Positions 38,580-47,881 of a stretch of 64,000 nt of DNA are shown piece after piece; positions within the stretch are counted from its first letter, which is position 1, and the number at the start of each line of letters is the position of its first letter. A program made the translations under genes and the position numbers. The stretch spans positions 32,001 through 96,000 of the forward strand of contig CAVUWA010000005.1 in the NCBI GenBank assembly GCA_963744995.1. The letters are read 5' to 3'. Under the pieces are notes generated by a model that worked only from the letters and a program-made list of their open reading frames with translations, was not told the DNA's origin and ran no database searches. Source of the stretch: Candidatus Eiseniibacteriota bacterium. GTDB lineage: Bacteria > Eisenbacteria > RBG-16-71-46.

Positions 38580-39461
38580 ATGATCCGCGCACCGCGCCGC
38601 TTCCCCTACATGCTGCTCATGCCGGCGGCGGTGGTGATGCTCGCGGTCGTGCTGTTCCCGCTGCTCTACAACTTCTACCTCGCGTTTCGGAACATGAGCC
38701 TCTACCACTTCACGGATCATCGCTGGGTGGGGCTCGACAACTTCCGGCTGCTGCTCAGCGAACCGGTGTTCTACCAGATGCTCGGCAAGTCGATCGTCTG
38801 GACCGTCGCCAACGTCGTCTTCCACGTGGGGATCGGCCTGGTCCTCGCGATCGTGCTCAGCGGCCCGGTCAGGGGCCGCGCGTTCTACCGCACGCTGCTG
38901 ATCCTGCCGTGGGCCATGCCGCAGTACATCTCGGCGCTCACCTGGCGCGGGATGTTCAACTACGAGTACGGACAGGTGAACCTGATCCTCACGAAGTGGC
39001 TCGGGCTCCCGGCGATTCCGTGGCTCACCGACCCCCACTGGGCTTTCATCGCACCGATCATCGTCAACATCTGGCTCGGCTTCCCGTTCATGATGGTCGT
39101 GGCGCTGGGTGCGCTGTCGGCGATTCCGGGCGAGCTCTACGAAGCCGCCGACCTCGACGCCGCGAGCCTGTGGCAGAAGTTCCGCCACATCACGCTCCCC
39201 GGGATCATGCCGGTCCTGACCCCGGCCGTGCTGCTTGGCACCATCTGGACGTTCAACAACATGGTGGTGATCTGGCTGGTGTCGCGCGGCGGCCAGCCGG
39301 CCGATCAGACCCACATCATGGTGACCTACATCTACAAGATCGCGTTCACGTACTACCGCTATTCCTACGCCGCCGCGTTCTCGGTGATCGTGTTCCTGAT
39401 CCTGCTCGGCTTCGTGATGTACGTGGTGCGGCGCACCTCGCCGGCCGAGGCCCGCGCATGA
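38580..39461 (+). CDS. sugar ABC permease (MalF-like)
   Basis: LILPWAMP, WLGFPFMM, EAA loop LYEAADLDAAS. Start is ATG 38580 or 38514. Confidence 0.92.
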   Translation: MIRAPRRFPYMLLMPAAVVMLAVVLFPLLYNFYLAFRNMSLYHFTDHRWVGLDNFRLLLSEPVFYQMLGKSIVWTVANVVFHVGIGLVLAIVLSGPVRGRAFYRTLLILPWAMPQYISALTWRGMFNYEYGQVNLILTKWLGLPAIPWLTDPHWAFIAPIIVNIWLGFPFMMVVALGALSAIPGELYEAADLDAASLWQKFRHITLPGIMPVLTPAVLLGTIWTFNNMVVIWLVSRGGQPADQTHIMVTYIYKIAFTYYRYSYAAAFSVIVFLILLGFVMYVVRRTSPAEARA

Positions 39462-40294
39462 GCCGCCGCGCGCCCGCCCCGCTCACCGTGTTGTCGCACG
39501 CGTTCCTGATCGCGTTCTCGCTGGCCACGATCTACCCGATTCTGCAGATCGTCACCGTGTCGCTCAGGCCGTCGGACCAGCTCTATTCCACCAGCCTCGC
39601 GCTGATCCCGCCGCACGCGACCCTGCACGCGTACTACGCGATCCTGTTCGAGAAGGACTTCCTGCTGTGGATGCGCAACTCGCTGATCGTCTCGCTGGCG
39701 GTCACCGTGTTCGGTGTCGTGCTGGCCTCGACCGCGGCCTACGCGTTCTCCCGGTTCCGCTTCCCCGGCTGGCAGTTCGGGCTCTATTCGTTCCTGCTCA
39801 CCCAGCTGTTCCCGGCGACCATGCTGATGCTGCCGATGTACGTGCTGATGCGCGCGCTCGGTCTGCTCGACACGTTCACCGGCCTCGCCGTCGCCTACAC
39901 CGCCACCGCGCTGCCGTTCTGCGTGTGGACCCTGCGCGGCTACTACGACACGATCCCCGTCGAGCTCGAGCAGGCCGCGCTGATCGACGGCTGCGGCCCG
40001 TGGAGCGCGTTCACCCGCGTCACGTTTCCGCTCGCGGCGCCGGCGCTCGCGATCACCGCGCTGTTCAGCTTCATGTCGGCGTGGTCCGAGTACCTGGTGG
40101 CGCGCATCATCATCAACCGCCAGGACCTGTTCACGCTGCCGCTCGGCCTCGAGAGCCTCGCGGGGCAGTTCCAGACCGAGTGGGCCAATTACGCCGCCGG
40201 CAGCCTGCTGGTGTGCATCCCGGTGATGGCGCTGTTCGTGATCCTCAACCGCTACCTGGTGAGCGGGTTGTCGCTGGGCGGCGTGAAGGGGTAG
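39458..40294 (+). CDS. sugar ABC permease (MalG-like)
   Basis: NSLIV, AAYAFSRFRF, ELEQAALIDG, SGLSLGGVKG; ATGA overlap. Confidence 0.93.
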   Translation: MSRRAPAPLTVLSHAFLIAFSLATIYPILQIVTVSLRPSDQLYSTSLALIPPHATLHAYYAILFEKDFLLWMRNSLIVSLAVTVFGVVLASTAAYAFSRFRFPGWQFGLYSFLLTQLFPATMLMLPMYVLMRALGLLDTFTGLAVAYTATALPFCVWTLRGYYDTIPVELEQAALIDGCGPWSAFTRVTFPLAAPALAITALFSFMSAWSEYLVARIIINRQDLFTLPLGLESLAGQFQTEWANYAAGSLLVCIPVMALFVILNRYLVSGLSLGGVKG

Positions 40295-40423
40295 CGGGCG
40301 GCCCGGAACGAAGCCCCCGACGGGCCGCAGCGGTGGATCGTCAGCCTCGTCGGCGCCTGGATGCTCGTGGAGAACGTCGGCGGTCCGGCCGGCGCCTGAG
40401 GCCCCGCTGCCGGGAACGCGGCC

Positions 40424-40457
40424 GGGGATCCGGCGTCGACACCGGCGCCGGATCCCC
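40424..40457. terminator. hairpin between convergent malG-like and PP-loop genes
   Basis: ggggatccggcgtcg-acac-cggcgccggatcccc, a 15-bp stem with one G-U pair. Confidence 0.5.
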
Positions 40458-40483
40458 GCGGGCCGCGAAGCGCGGCGTGCGGC

Positions 40484-41632
40484 CTAGCTCTGCCGGCGCC
40501 GCGGCAGCAGGCCGAACACGGCGGCGGCGGCGGCGCGCCGCAGGCGCATGATCGGGCGCTGATCGCGCAGTGTGCGCTCGATCAGGGCGCCGAGCGCGCG
40601 CCGCACGTCCGCACGGAGCCGCGGGCTGTCCATCAGCGTCTTGAACGTCCGCATCTCATGCTTCCCGCGCGGCAGCGCGTCCACATCTGCGGCGAGGGTG
40701 TCCAGCCCGTCGAAGACCTCGAACTGGTCGAGCGCACCGACCTCCGCCAGCACCAGCCGGGCGTAGATGCACTTGTAGCAGCGCGAGCAATTGCCGGACG
40801 CGGATCGATTCTCCCAGCACACGCGCAGCAGGCGATGCGCCAGCGGTTCGTTCGCGATCGCGCGGATCTTGTCTTCCTTGCGCAGCTCCTGACCGACGTG
40901 CACCAGGTGCCGGCGGCTGGACGACCACAGCGGATCGAGCCTCCAGTGCGAGCCCCACGGCACCGGCGTCACCCGATTGACGCTCGACGAGATCAGCACG
41001 TCGCCGGTGCCGCCGCCGATCAGGTGGCCGACGGCCGCCAGAACGCCCCCGTGCGCACGCTCCCAGTCGACGCCGTCGAACAGCGGGTGCTCACGCGCAT
41101 TCGTGTGGATCGTGGCGCCGCAGACACTCCGGGCGGCAGCCGCGTCGCGCAGCATGCGCCCGGTCGCTTCCAGGCGGGGACGGTCGTCCCGCGGGTAGTC
41201 GAACCCATGGATCAGAATCAGCCGATCGACGTGTTCGCCCGAGCGCAGCAGCGTGTAGAAGCAATCCACCCCGCCGCTGAAGAACAGCGCGCGCGCGCCG
41301 CCGTCACGGGTGGCGGCCGGCGGCCGCGTCGTGGCGCGCGGCGTGCGCGGGGCCAGCCCCCACCACTCGTGCAGCAGAGCTTCGATCGGCGGGATGTTCG
41401 CGAGCCACACGGGGTCCACCGGATCGTCGAACTCCAGCCGGGCCTGGCGGTGGAGCGCTGGAATCAGCAGCGCGGAGCCGTAGGCCTCGGCGACGGGGTC
41501 GAGATCCAGGTCGGCGGACTCGAACCACATGTCGACCCCGTCCACGTCCGCGGTGATCCGCGACGTACCCGTGCCGCAATCCCTGCGCACACTGCCGATA
41601 CGGATGCGGTCGCGGCTTGGAAGTCGACGCAT
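40484..41632 (-). CDS. PP-loop (adenine nucleotide alpha-hydrolase-like) protein with QueC-like Cys cluster, function unknown
   Basis: LFFSGGVDC and RVCWEN...NCSRCYKC; GGAGG RBS before ATG 41632. Confidence 0.7.
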   Translation of the reverse strand: MRRLPSRDRIRIGSVRRDCGTGTSRITADVDGVDMWFESADLDLDPVAEAYGSALLIPALHRQARLEFDDPVDPVWLANIPPIEALLHEWWGLAPRTPRATTRPPAATRDGGARALFFSGGVDCFYTLLRSGEHVDRLILIHGFDYPRDDRPRLEATGRMLRDAAAARSVCGATIHTNAREHPLFDGVDWERAHGGVLAAVGHLIGGGTGDVLISSSVNRVTPVPWGSHWRLDPLWSSSRRHLVHVGQELRKEDKIRAIANEPLAHRLLRVCWENRSASGNCSRCYKCIYARLVLAEVGALDQFEVFDGLDTLAADVDALPRGKHEMRTFKTLMDSPRLRADVRRALGALIERTLRDQRPIMRLRRAAAAAVFGLLPRRRQS

Positions 41633-41859
41633 GGGATCCTCCGGGCCCCTGTGATGAACCGCGAATGTACGACATCGCCGCGCCAATGGCGCAAGCGGAG
41701 GCGCCCATGATCGAGTCGGCACGTCGCGACGACCGTCGCCGGGGGGGGGGTGTGAGCGCCGGCGCCATGCCGACTATACTCATGGGCCGCGTGACGGCCG
41801 CACGCGTGCATCCGACGAAACCCACGGCCCGCACCGCATCGACATTCCCGGAGACACCG

Positions 41860-42678
41860 ATGGCGTACGAACCCCGAGCCGGTGAAGAGACCGGCGCCGG
41901 GCTGCTCCGCGGCGTCGCGCTGATCGTCGCCGCGGGTATCGCACTCGGCCTCGGCTTCAACGCCATGCAGCGCTCCGCCGGATCGGAGCGGGGGCTGTCC
42001 TGGATCAGGCACGACGTGAAGCTCGCGAGCCTCGAGGACCTGCCGCCGGATCCCGGTGCCATGCGTGCTGCGGACGAGCCGCTCGTCGAAGTGCCGCAGG
42101 CCGACCCCGGCATGACCGCGCCCGATCCGGCGACGCCGGCGCCGGGCCAGGCCGCGGACGCGCCGTCGCGCAAGGGCGTGCCGGGTGCCGCGCGGGCGCC
42201 GGCCACAGGAGCGCGCCCCGCCGCTTCCGCGCCGCCCGCCTCGGCCGCTGCGGCCTCGGATTCCGGGCGCGCCGGGCCACCGGCTTCGCCGGCCGGGCTC
42301 CCGGTCATCCCGGAATCGAATCAGCCGCTCGAGATCCAGTACCCGACCGCGAAGAAGTTTCACGATGCGGGGGCGGCCGTGTTCGTGGATGCCCGTTCGC
42401 GCGCGGAGTACGAGGAGGGCCACATCCCGGGCGCGTTCCACCTCGACTTCGACGATGTGTTCGAGACGCCCGACCTCGCCGCGAAGTTCGACTCGCGGGG
42501 AAAGCCGATCATCACGTATTGCGGAGGCGGCGAATGCGAGCTGTCGAGAAACCTGGCGTTCGCGCTGATCGAGGGCGGGCATCACAGGGTGCTGGTGTTC
42601 ACCGGCGGCACCGCGGTGTGGACCGCGGAAGGGCAGCCGCTCGTGACGGGCACGCCCCCCGGCGAGGCGCTGCCGTGA
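41860..42678 (+). CDS. membrane-anchored rhodanese-domain protein
   Basis: N-terminal TM, Pro/Ala linker, FVDARS..EYEEGHIPGA, ITYCGGGEC, FTGG..W. Confidence 0.88.
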   Translation: MAYEPRAGEETGAGLLRGVALIVAAGIALGLGFNAMQRSAGSERGLSWIRHDVKLASLEDLPPDPGAMRAADEPLVEVPQADPGMTAPDPATPAPGQAADAPSRKGVPGAARAPATGARPAASAPPASAAAASDSGRAGPPASPAGLPVIPESNQPLEIQYPTAKKFHDAGAAVFVDARSRAEYEEGHIPGAFHLDFDDVFETPDLAAKFDSRGKPIITYCGGGECELSRNLAFALIEGGHHRVLVFTGGTAVWTAEGQPLVTGTPPGEALP

Positions 42679-43136
42679 ACGCCGCCGCCACCCTGCTGCG
42701 CGCGCCGGCCGTGGTACGGCTCGCCCGCATTGCGATCGGTCTCGTGTTCCTGGCTGCCGCGCTGGGCAAGATCGGCGATCTCGCCTCCTTCGCAACCCAG
42801 CTCCACGACTATCGGATCATCCCGCTCTGGAGCGAACACCTGCTCGCCATGACGCTGCCCTGGATCGAGCTGGTCGCCGGCCTGGCACTGGTCACCGGCG
42901 TACGGCCGCGCGCCGGGGCGATCGTCGTTCTCGCGCTCACGCTGACGTTCACGATCGCGGTCGGCAGCGCGTGGGCGCGCGGCCTCGACTTCGAGTGTGG
43001 CTGCTTCGGCAGCAGCGGCGCCGCCACCATCGGCGCGCGCAAGTTCGTGGAGAACGTCGGCCTCTCGCTGCTGGCGGTGCTGGCGACGCTGCGCCCCTCG
43101 GCCGGAAGCACCGGACCGGCAGCCGCACGCCCGTGA
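42675..43136 (+). CDS. MauE/DoxX family membrane protein
   Basis: GLVFLAAALGKI, LPWIELVAG, ECGCFG; GTGA overlap. Confidence 0.88.
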   Translation: MNAAATLLRAPAVVRLARIAIGLVFLAAALGKIGDLASFATQLHDYRIIPLWSEHLLAMTLPWIELVAGLALVTGVRPRAGAIVVLALTLTFTIAVGSAWARGLDFECGCFGSSGAATIGARKFVENVGLSLLAVLATLRPSAGSTGPAAARP

Positions 43137-43377
43137 CCTCGGGCGGCCGGCGCGGCTGCCCGATCGCACCCCCGCGCGGCCCCCGGCGGTCCGGAGGGCC
43201 GTCGGCGGGACCGACACATTTGCGCTCATGCCGCAGCGCATCGCGCGACGCCCCGGCGCGACGGTCCCGTGAAGAAGTTGCCAGCAGGCTCGTTCGAACA
43301 GGTATTCGCGATCTGGAACGGCTTATGCGTGAGCGCCATGCCTGGTGGAGTCCAGGACGGCAACCGGAGAGCGAGTC

Positions 43378-45081
43378 ATGAGTGCCCGTGACGTGGTCTG
43401 TCGCCTCACAGGATCCGTGCTGTGTATCGTCGCCTTCGCCGGTGCGGCCCGCGGTGAGGGTCTCGGCGTGTGCGATGTCCCGGTCTGGATGCGCAGTGGC
43501 GATCAGAGCGACGGACGGTTCGGAACCGTGGCGCCCGCAGGGGACGTCAACGGGGACGGCTATGCGGACGTGCTGATCGGCGCCTACAACTACGACGAGG
43601 GCGAACCGGACGAAGGCGTCGTCTACCTCTTTCTGGGTGGCCCGAACGGCCTCGCGACCTCCCCCGCCTGGACCGCCGAGTCCAATCAGGCGGGCGCCCG
43701 CCTCGGCGACAAGCTGTCGGGAGCCGGCGACGTCAACGGGGACGGATACGACGACGTGATCATCGGCGCCGCCTACTTCGATTCGACTCACGTCGATGCC
43801 GGCGCTGCGTTCCTCTATACAGGTTCGCCGTCGGGGCTCAGTGTGGAGCCGGCCTGGGTCGCCGTGGGCGATCAGGACGATGCGCAGTTCGGTGCGTGCG
43901 TGCAGGCGGCCGGCGACGTGAACGACGATGGCTTTGCCGACGTCATCGTGGGTGCGTGGCTGTACGACCACGGCGAGTTGAACGAAGGCCGCGCCTACGT
44001 GTACTGCGGTTCGGATTCCGGTCTCGCCGATGCGCCCGCCTGGATCGGTGAGAGCGATTCGCCCGGGGCGGCGTACGGCTATTTCTGTGCCTCCGCCGGC
44101 GACGTCAACGGCGACGGCTTCGACGACATCGTGGTCGGCGCCCGTCGCTTCAGCGGAAATGGTCTGCAGGAAGAGGGCCGCGTGTACGTGTACTACGGCT
44201 CGCCTGCCGGGCCCGCGCTGGAAGCGGACTGGGTCCGCGATGCCGGCCGGGAGAAGAGCGAGTTCGGCGCATACACGATTTCCGCCGGCGACGTCGATGC
44301 CGACGGCTATGACGATCTGCTCGTGGGCGCATTTCGCTACGATGACCCCGACCTGGACGAAGGAATGGCGTGCCTCTTCCGCGGGTCGGGGAGCGGGCTG
44401 TCCATGACGCCGGCCTGGCAGGTGGAAGGCGGCATCGCCCGGAACAACTTCGGCTATCACCTCGATGGCGCCGGAGACGTCAACGGCGACGGGTACGATG
44501 ACGTCATCGTGAGCGCCCCCGGCGTGGACACCTACGGCTTCACCTACTACAACGCCGGTCAGGTCTTCGTCTACGAGGGTGAAGCGGGTGGACTTTCCAC
44601 GACTCCTGCATGGACGCAGCAGGGGGATCAGGACTACATGAGCCTGGAGGCCGTCCGCGGCGTCGGTGACGTGAATGGTGATGGCTATGACGACGTGGCC
44701 ACGGGCGCGCTCTACCACGACGGCGCCGAGGTGGACGCGGGGCGCGCGTGGGTCTTCTACGGATGTGCGGAGGGACGGACCTTCGTTCCACGCGCCGAAA
44801 CGCCTGCAGCGGGAGTTCGGCTGGCAGGCGCCAGTCCCTTCACGGGCTCCACGGCGTTCAGGATGAGCGTCCCCGCGGGAGGACCGGCGCGGCTCTGCAT
44901 TCGCGACCTTCTGGGCCGGCGCGTGGCCACCCTGTTCACGGGGCGCGTCGAGCCCGGCGTGCTCGTCGTGACGTGGAACGGCCGATCCGACCGGGGCGAA
45001 TCCGTCCCCGCAGGGCTCTATTTCGCCACGCTCGATGCGGGCGGGGTCTCTCTCGGCACGAAGGTCGTCAAGCTGCCGTAG
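43378..45081 (+). CDS. secreted FG-GAP (integrin-alpha-like) beta-propeller protein with CTD
   Basis: Seven AGDVNGDGYxDxxxGA repeats; CTD WNGR...GLYFA. Confidence 0.9.
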   Translation: MSARDVVCRLTGSVLCIVAFAGAARGEGLGVCDVPVWMRSGDQSDGRFGTVAPAGDVNGDGYADVLIGAYNYDEGEPDEGVVYLFLGGPNGLATSPAWTAESNQAGARLGDKLSGAGDVNGDGYDDVIIGAAYFDSTHVDAGAAFLYTGSPSGLSVEPAWVAVGDQDDAQFGACVQAAGDVNDDGFADVIVGAWLYDHGELNEGRAYVYCGSDSGLADAPAWIGESDSPGAAYGYFCASAGDVNGDGFDDIVVGARRFSGNGLQEEGRVYVYYGSPAGPALEADWVRDAGREKSEFGAYTISAGDVDADGYDDLLVGAFRYDDPDLDEGMACLFRGSGSGLSMTPAWQVEGGIARNNFGYHLDGAGDVNGDGYDDVIVSAPGVDTYGFTYYNAGQVFVYEGEAGGLSTTPAWTQQGDQDYMSLEAVRGVGDVNGDGYDDVATGALYHDGAEVDAGRAWVFYGCAEGRTFVPRAETPAAGVRLAGASPFTGSTAFRMSVPAGGPARLCIRDLLGRRVATLFTGRVEPGVLVVTWNGRSDRGESVPAGLYFATLDAGGVSLGTKVVKLP

Positions 45082-45221
45082 GTGGCAGTGGCCCGTCGCC
45101 GCCGGCGTGATGCACGGCCGCAGGCCATGCTCGCCCCCGTGGGCCGCCGGGGCCGACGCTCCCCCCTGGAGCCGGATCGTGGCCGAGCGTCACACGGGGA
45201 CGCGTTCTCGAGAGTTCTCCC

Positions 45222-46511
45222 TTACATCGGCAGGCGGAAGACGAACCTCGCCCCGCGCGGCGCGCGTGGTTCGGCCGTGATCGTGCCGCCGTGGGACTCG
45301 ACGATCCGTCTGCAGATACTGAGTCCGAGCCCGAAACCGCCGCTGCGCCGGGAGCGCGAGGCGTCGGCGCGGAAGAACGGCTCGAACAGCCGTTCGCGAT
45401 CCCCGGCGGCGAATCCCGCGCCGTCGTCGGTGACGCGGACGATGGCGTCCTCCCCGTCCACGCCGAGCGAGATCTCGACCGGTTCGCTGTCGGGCAACGC
45501 ATGTCCGAGCGCATTGTCGATCAGGTTGCGGAGGACGGTGCGCACCCCCCCGGGATCGACATCGAGCTCGAGGACCGGGGGCGCCGCACCGAGCCGCACG
45601 CCCGGCGGCCGACCTGCGGCACGGAGGACCTCGTCACGGACCAGATCGACGAGGTCGTGTCGGCCCGCTACGGGATGTGGTCCCTCCCGCAACCGCTCCA
45701 GCTCCAGCAGCCGGGTCACCAGCGTCTCCATCTCGCCGACGTCGTCACGCATCGACCGTCGCTCCGGGCCGTCCGGCATCATCTCCAGCGCCACCTTCAT
45801 GCGCGTGAGCGGTGAGCGCAGCTCGTGGCTCACGTCGCGCAGCATGCGTTCGCGCGCACTCAGCATCTCCCGCACCCGCCCGGCCATGCGGTTGAACGCA
45901 TCGGTGAGGAGCCCGAATTCGTCGTCGCTCTGTCGAGGCACGGCGACGTCGAGGCGCCCTGCGCCCAGCGCCGCGACGCCTTCGCCGAGCAGTCGCAGCG
46001 GACGCAGCGCGCGCCGGATCACCAGATACGCCGTGGCGAAGACGGCCGCCATCAGGAACAGCAGCAACACCAGCATCAACGTGTGCGCGCGTCCGATGTC
46101 GTCGCTGACGCTGCGCGCGAAGACGTAGCGGCCGCCCTCGACCGGCACGACGTAGTAGGCGCGGCGCGGGATCAGCAGATGGGCCGCCCAACCCGTGGGG
46201 CCCCGATCGAGTTGCGCCGCCGTCGGCACCGAAGGATCGGTGGCCCAGGTCGTGTCGGGGCCCTCGAAGCGGATCGCCATGCCCACGCCGTCGGCGAAGT
46301 GTCGCGCCGCCGCGAGATCCGGCCTCGTCCCGGCGATCGCGCGGACGTGCGGGCCGAACGCATCGTTCAGGGAGGCATGGATGCCGGGGATCACGATCGC
46401 GAAGAAGAATCCACCCACCAGCACGATCACGATCACGCCGCTCATCGCCATGATCACGACGAGCCGGGCGAAGACCGAACGAAAGACGGCGGGGCGCGGG
46501 GCGCCGGTCAC
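45222..46511 (-). CDS. HAMP-domain sensor histidine kinase
   Basis: Two TMs, HAMP, DVSHELRSPL, NLIDNA, DDGAG, FEPFFR, GFGLGL; GTGA overlap with the regulator. Confidence 0.93.
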   Translation of the reverse strand: MTGAPRPAVFRSVFARLVVIMAMSGVIVIVLVGGFFFAIVIPGIHASLNDAFGPHVRAIAGTRPDLAAARHFADGVGMAIRFEGPDTTWATDPSVPTAAQLDRGPTGWAAHLLIPRRAYYVVPVEGGRYVFARSVSDDIGRAHTLMLVLLLFLMAAVFATAYLVIRRALRPLRLLGEGVAALGAGRLDVAVPRQSDDEFGLLTDAFNRMAGRVREMLSARERMLRDVSHELRSPLTRMKVALEMMPDGPERRSMRDDVGEMETLVTRLLELERLREGPHPVAGRHDLVDLVRDEVLRAAGRPPGVRLGAAPPVLELDVDPGGVRTVLRNLIDNALGHALPDSEPVEISLGVDGEDAIVRVTDDGAGFAAGDRERLFEPFFRADASRSRRSGGFGLGLSICRRIVESHGGTITAEPRAPRGARFVFRLPM

Positions 46512-47212
46512 GGCACCCCGCCGATGAACGCGTACCCGACGCCGCGAACGGTGCGGATCCACTCGGGGCGGCGCGGCGGATCGTCCAGCTTCTGCCGCAA
46601 TCGGCTGACGAGCACGTCCACCGACCGGTCGAACGCCTCCCAGTCCATGCCACGCATCTCGTTCATGATCCGTTCACGGGCCAGCACCCGCCCGCGGTGC
46701 CGCATGAGAACGAGCAGAAGGTCGAACTCGGCGGTCGTGAGGTCCAGCGTCCTACCGGCGAGACGCGCCGTCCGGGCCTCCGGATCCACTTCGAGCGTTC
46801 CGGCGGCCAGTCGCTCGCCCGGAGCGGCGGGGCGTCCGCGCCGCAGGACGGCCTGCGCGCGCGCCACCAGTTCCCGTGGCTCGAACGGTTTCGGCAGGTA
46901 GTCGTCGGCGCCCATCTCGAGCCCGACCACCCGGTCCGCCACCTCGCCGCGGGCGGTGAGCATGATGATCGGCACGGCACTGGTCTCGCGAATCCTGCGG
47001 CACACCGCGAATCCGTCGGCCCCGGGGAGCATCACGTCGAGGATCACCAGATCGGGCGGCTCGTGGCGCAGACGGCGCAGGCCTTCGTCGGGATGTTGCA
47101 CGGTCTCGACCGTGAAGCCGAATCCGGCGAGATAGTCCGCCAGCAGGGCGTTCAGCTTCGCGTCGTCGTCCACGATCAGCACCCGGGCTTCCGTGGGCGC
47201 GTGTCCGCTCAT
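46508..47212 (-). CDS. OmpR/PhoB family response regulator
   Basis: LIVDDD, LDVMLPG, GADDYLPKPF, winged helix DRSVDVLVSRLRQK...TVRGVGY. Confidence 0.96.
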   Translation of the reverse strand: MSGHAPTEARVLIVDDDAKLNALLADYLAGFGFTVETVQHPDEGLRRLRHEPPDLVILDVMLPGADGFAVCRRIRETSAVPIIMLTARGEVADRVVGLEMGADDYLPKPFEPRELVARAQAVLRRGRPAAPGERLAAGTLEVDPEARTARLAGRTLDLTTAEFDLLLVLMRHRGRVLARERIMNEMRGMDWEAFDRSVDVLVSRLRQKLDDPPRRPEWIRTVRGVGYAFIGGVP

Positions 47213-47264
47213 GCGTTCCTCCGGTGCGGACCCGCCGCGCTTTCCCGGCGTGCCCGGTCACGGC

Positions 47265-47744
47265 TCAGCGCCCGCCGTGGCCGTGCCCGCCGTGGTGCGT
47301 CGCCGCGTGCTGCAGAATGGCGACCTGCAGCAGCGCGTGCGGCGGTTTCCCGCCGACGTTGAAGCGGAAGCGATGGCGTGAAGCGTCCTCTGCGAGGAGC
47401 ACGACTGTCAACTCGTGACGGGCGGACGCTTCGATCCCGGCGAGCACCAGATCGCCCGTGCGGTCGTGCAGGTTGCGGTAGCTCCGCATGCGGGTCTCCA
47501 GCGGCCGCGTCTTCAGGGAGTCCTTCGCGACGTGCGCCGTCAGGAAGTCGCGCATCGCCTCTTCGCCGCCCGCGAACGCCTCGACCCATCCGGCCGCGAC
47601 GCGCCCCGCGGGCGTGTCGGGCCAGCCCTGGTCCATGGCCCGCGCGTTCTGCGGGTCGGCGGAAGCGACCGGCGTGACGGCCACTACCGCCAGCCACATC
47701 GGGATGAGCCAGCACGCTCGCATGCGGGCGCTTCGACGTGTCAC
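47265..47744 (-). CDS. hypothetical exported protein with His-rich tail
   Basis: GGAGG RBS, signal peptide ending ASA, PDTPAGR motif, tail HHGGHGHGGR. Confidence 0.65.
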   Translation of the reverse strand: MTRRSARMRACWLIPMWLAVVAVTPVASADPQNARAMDQGWPDTPAGRVAAGWVEAFAGGEEAMRDFLTAHVAKDSLKTRPLETRMRSYRNLHDRTGDLVLAGIEASARHELTVVLLAEDASRHRFRFNVGGKPPHALLQVAILQHAATHHGGHGHGGR

Positions 47745-47881
47745 GGAAACCTCCCTGCGGTTGGAGTCAATGCCGGCCGTGAAGGGCCAGCAGCCACTGT
47801 TCGATCGCCCTCGCCCAGCGACTCCCGAACAGGACGACGATGGTGCCCAGCACCGCCAGCGCGATCAGGAGCGCACGCCCT

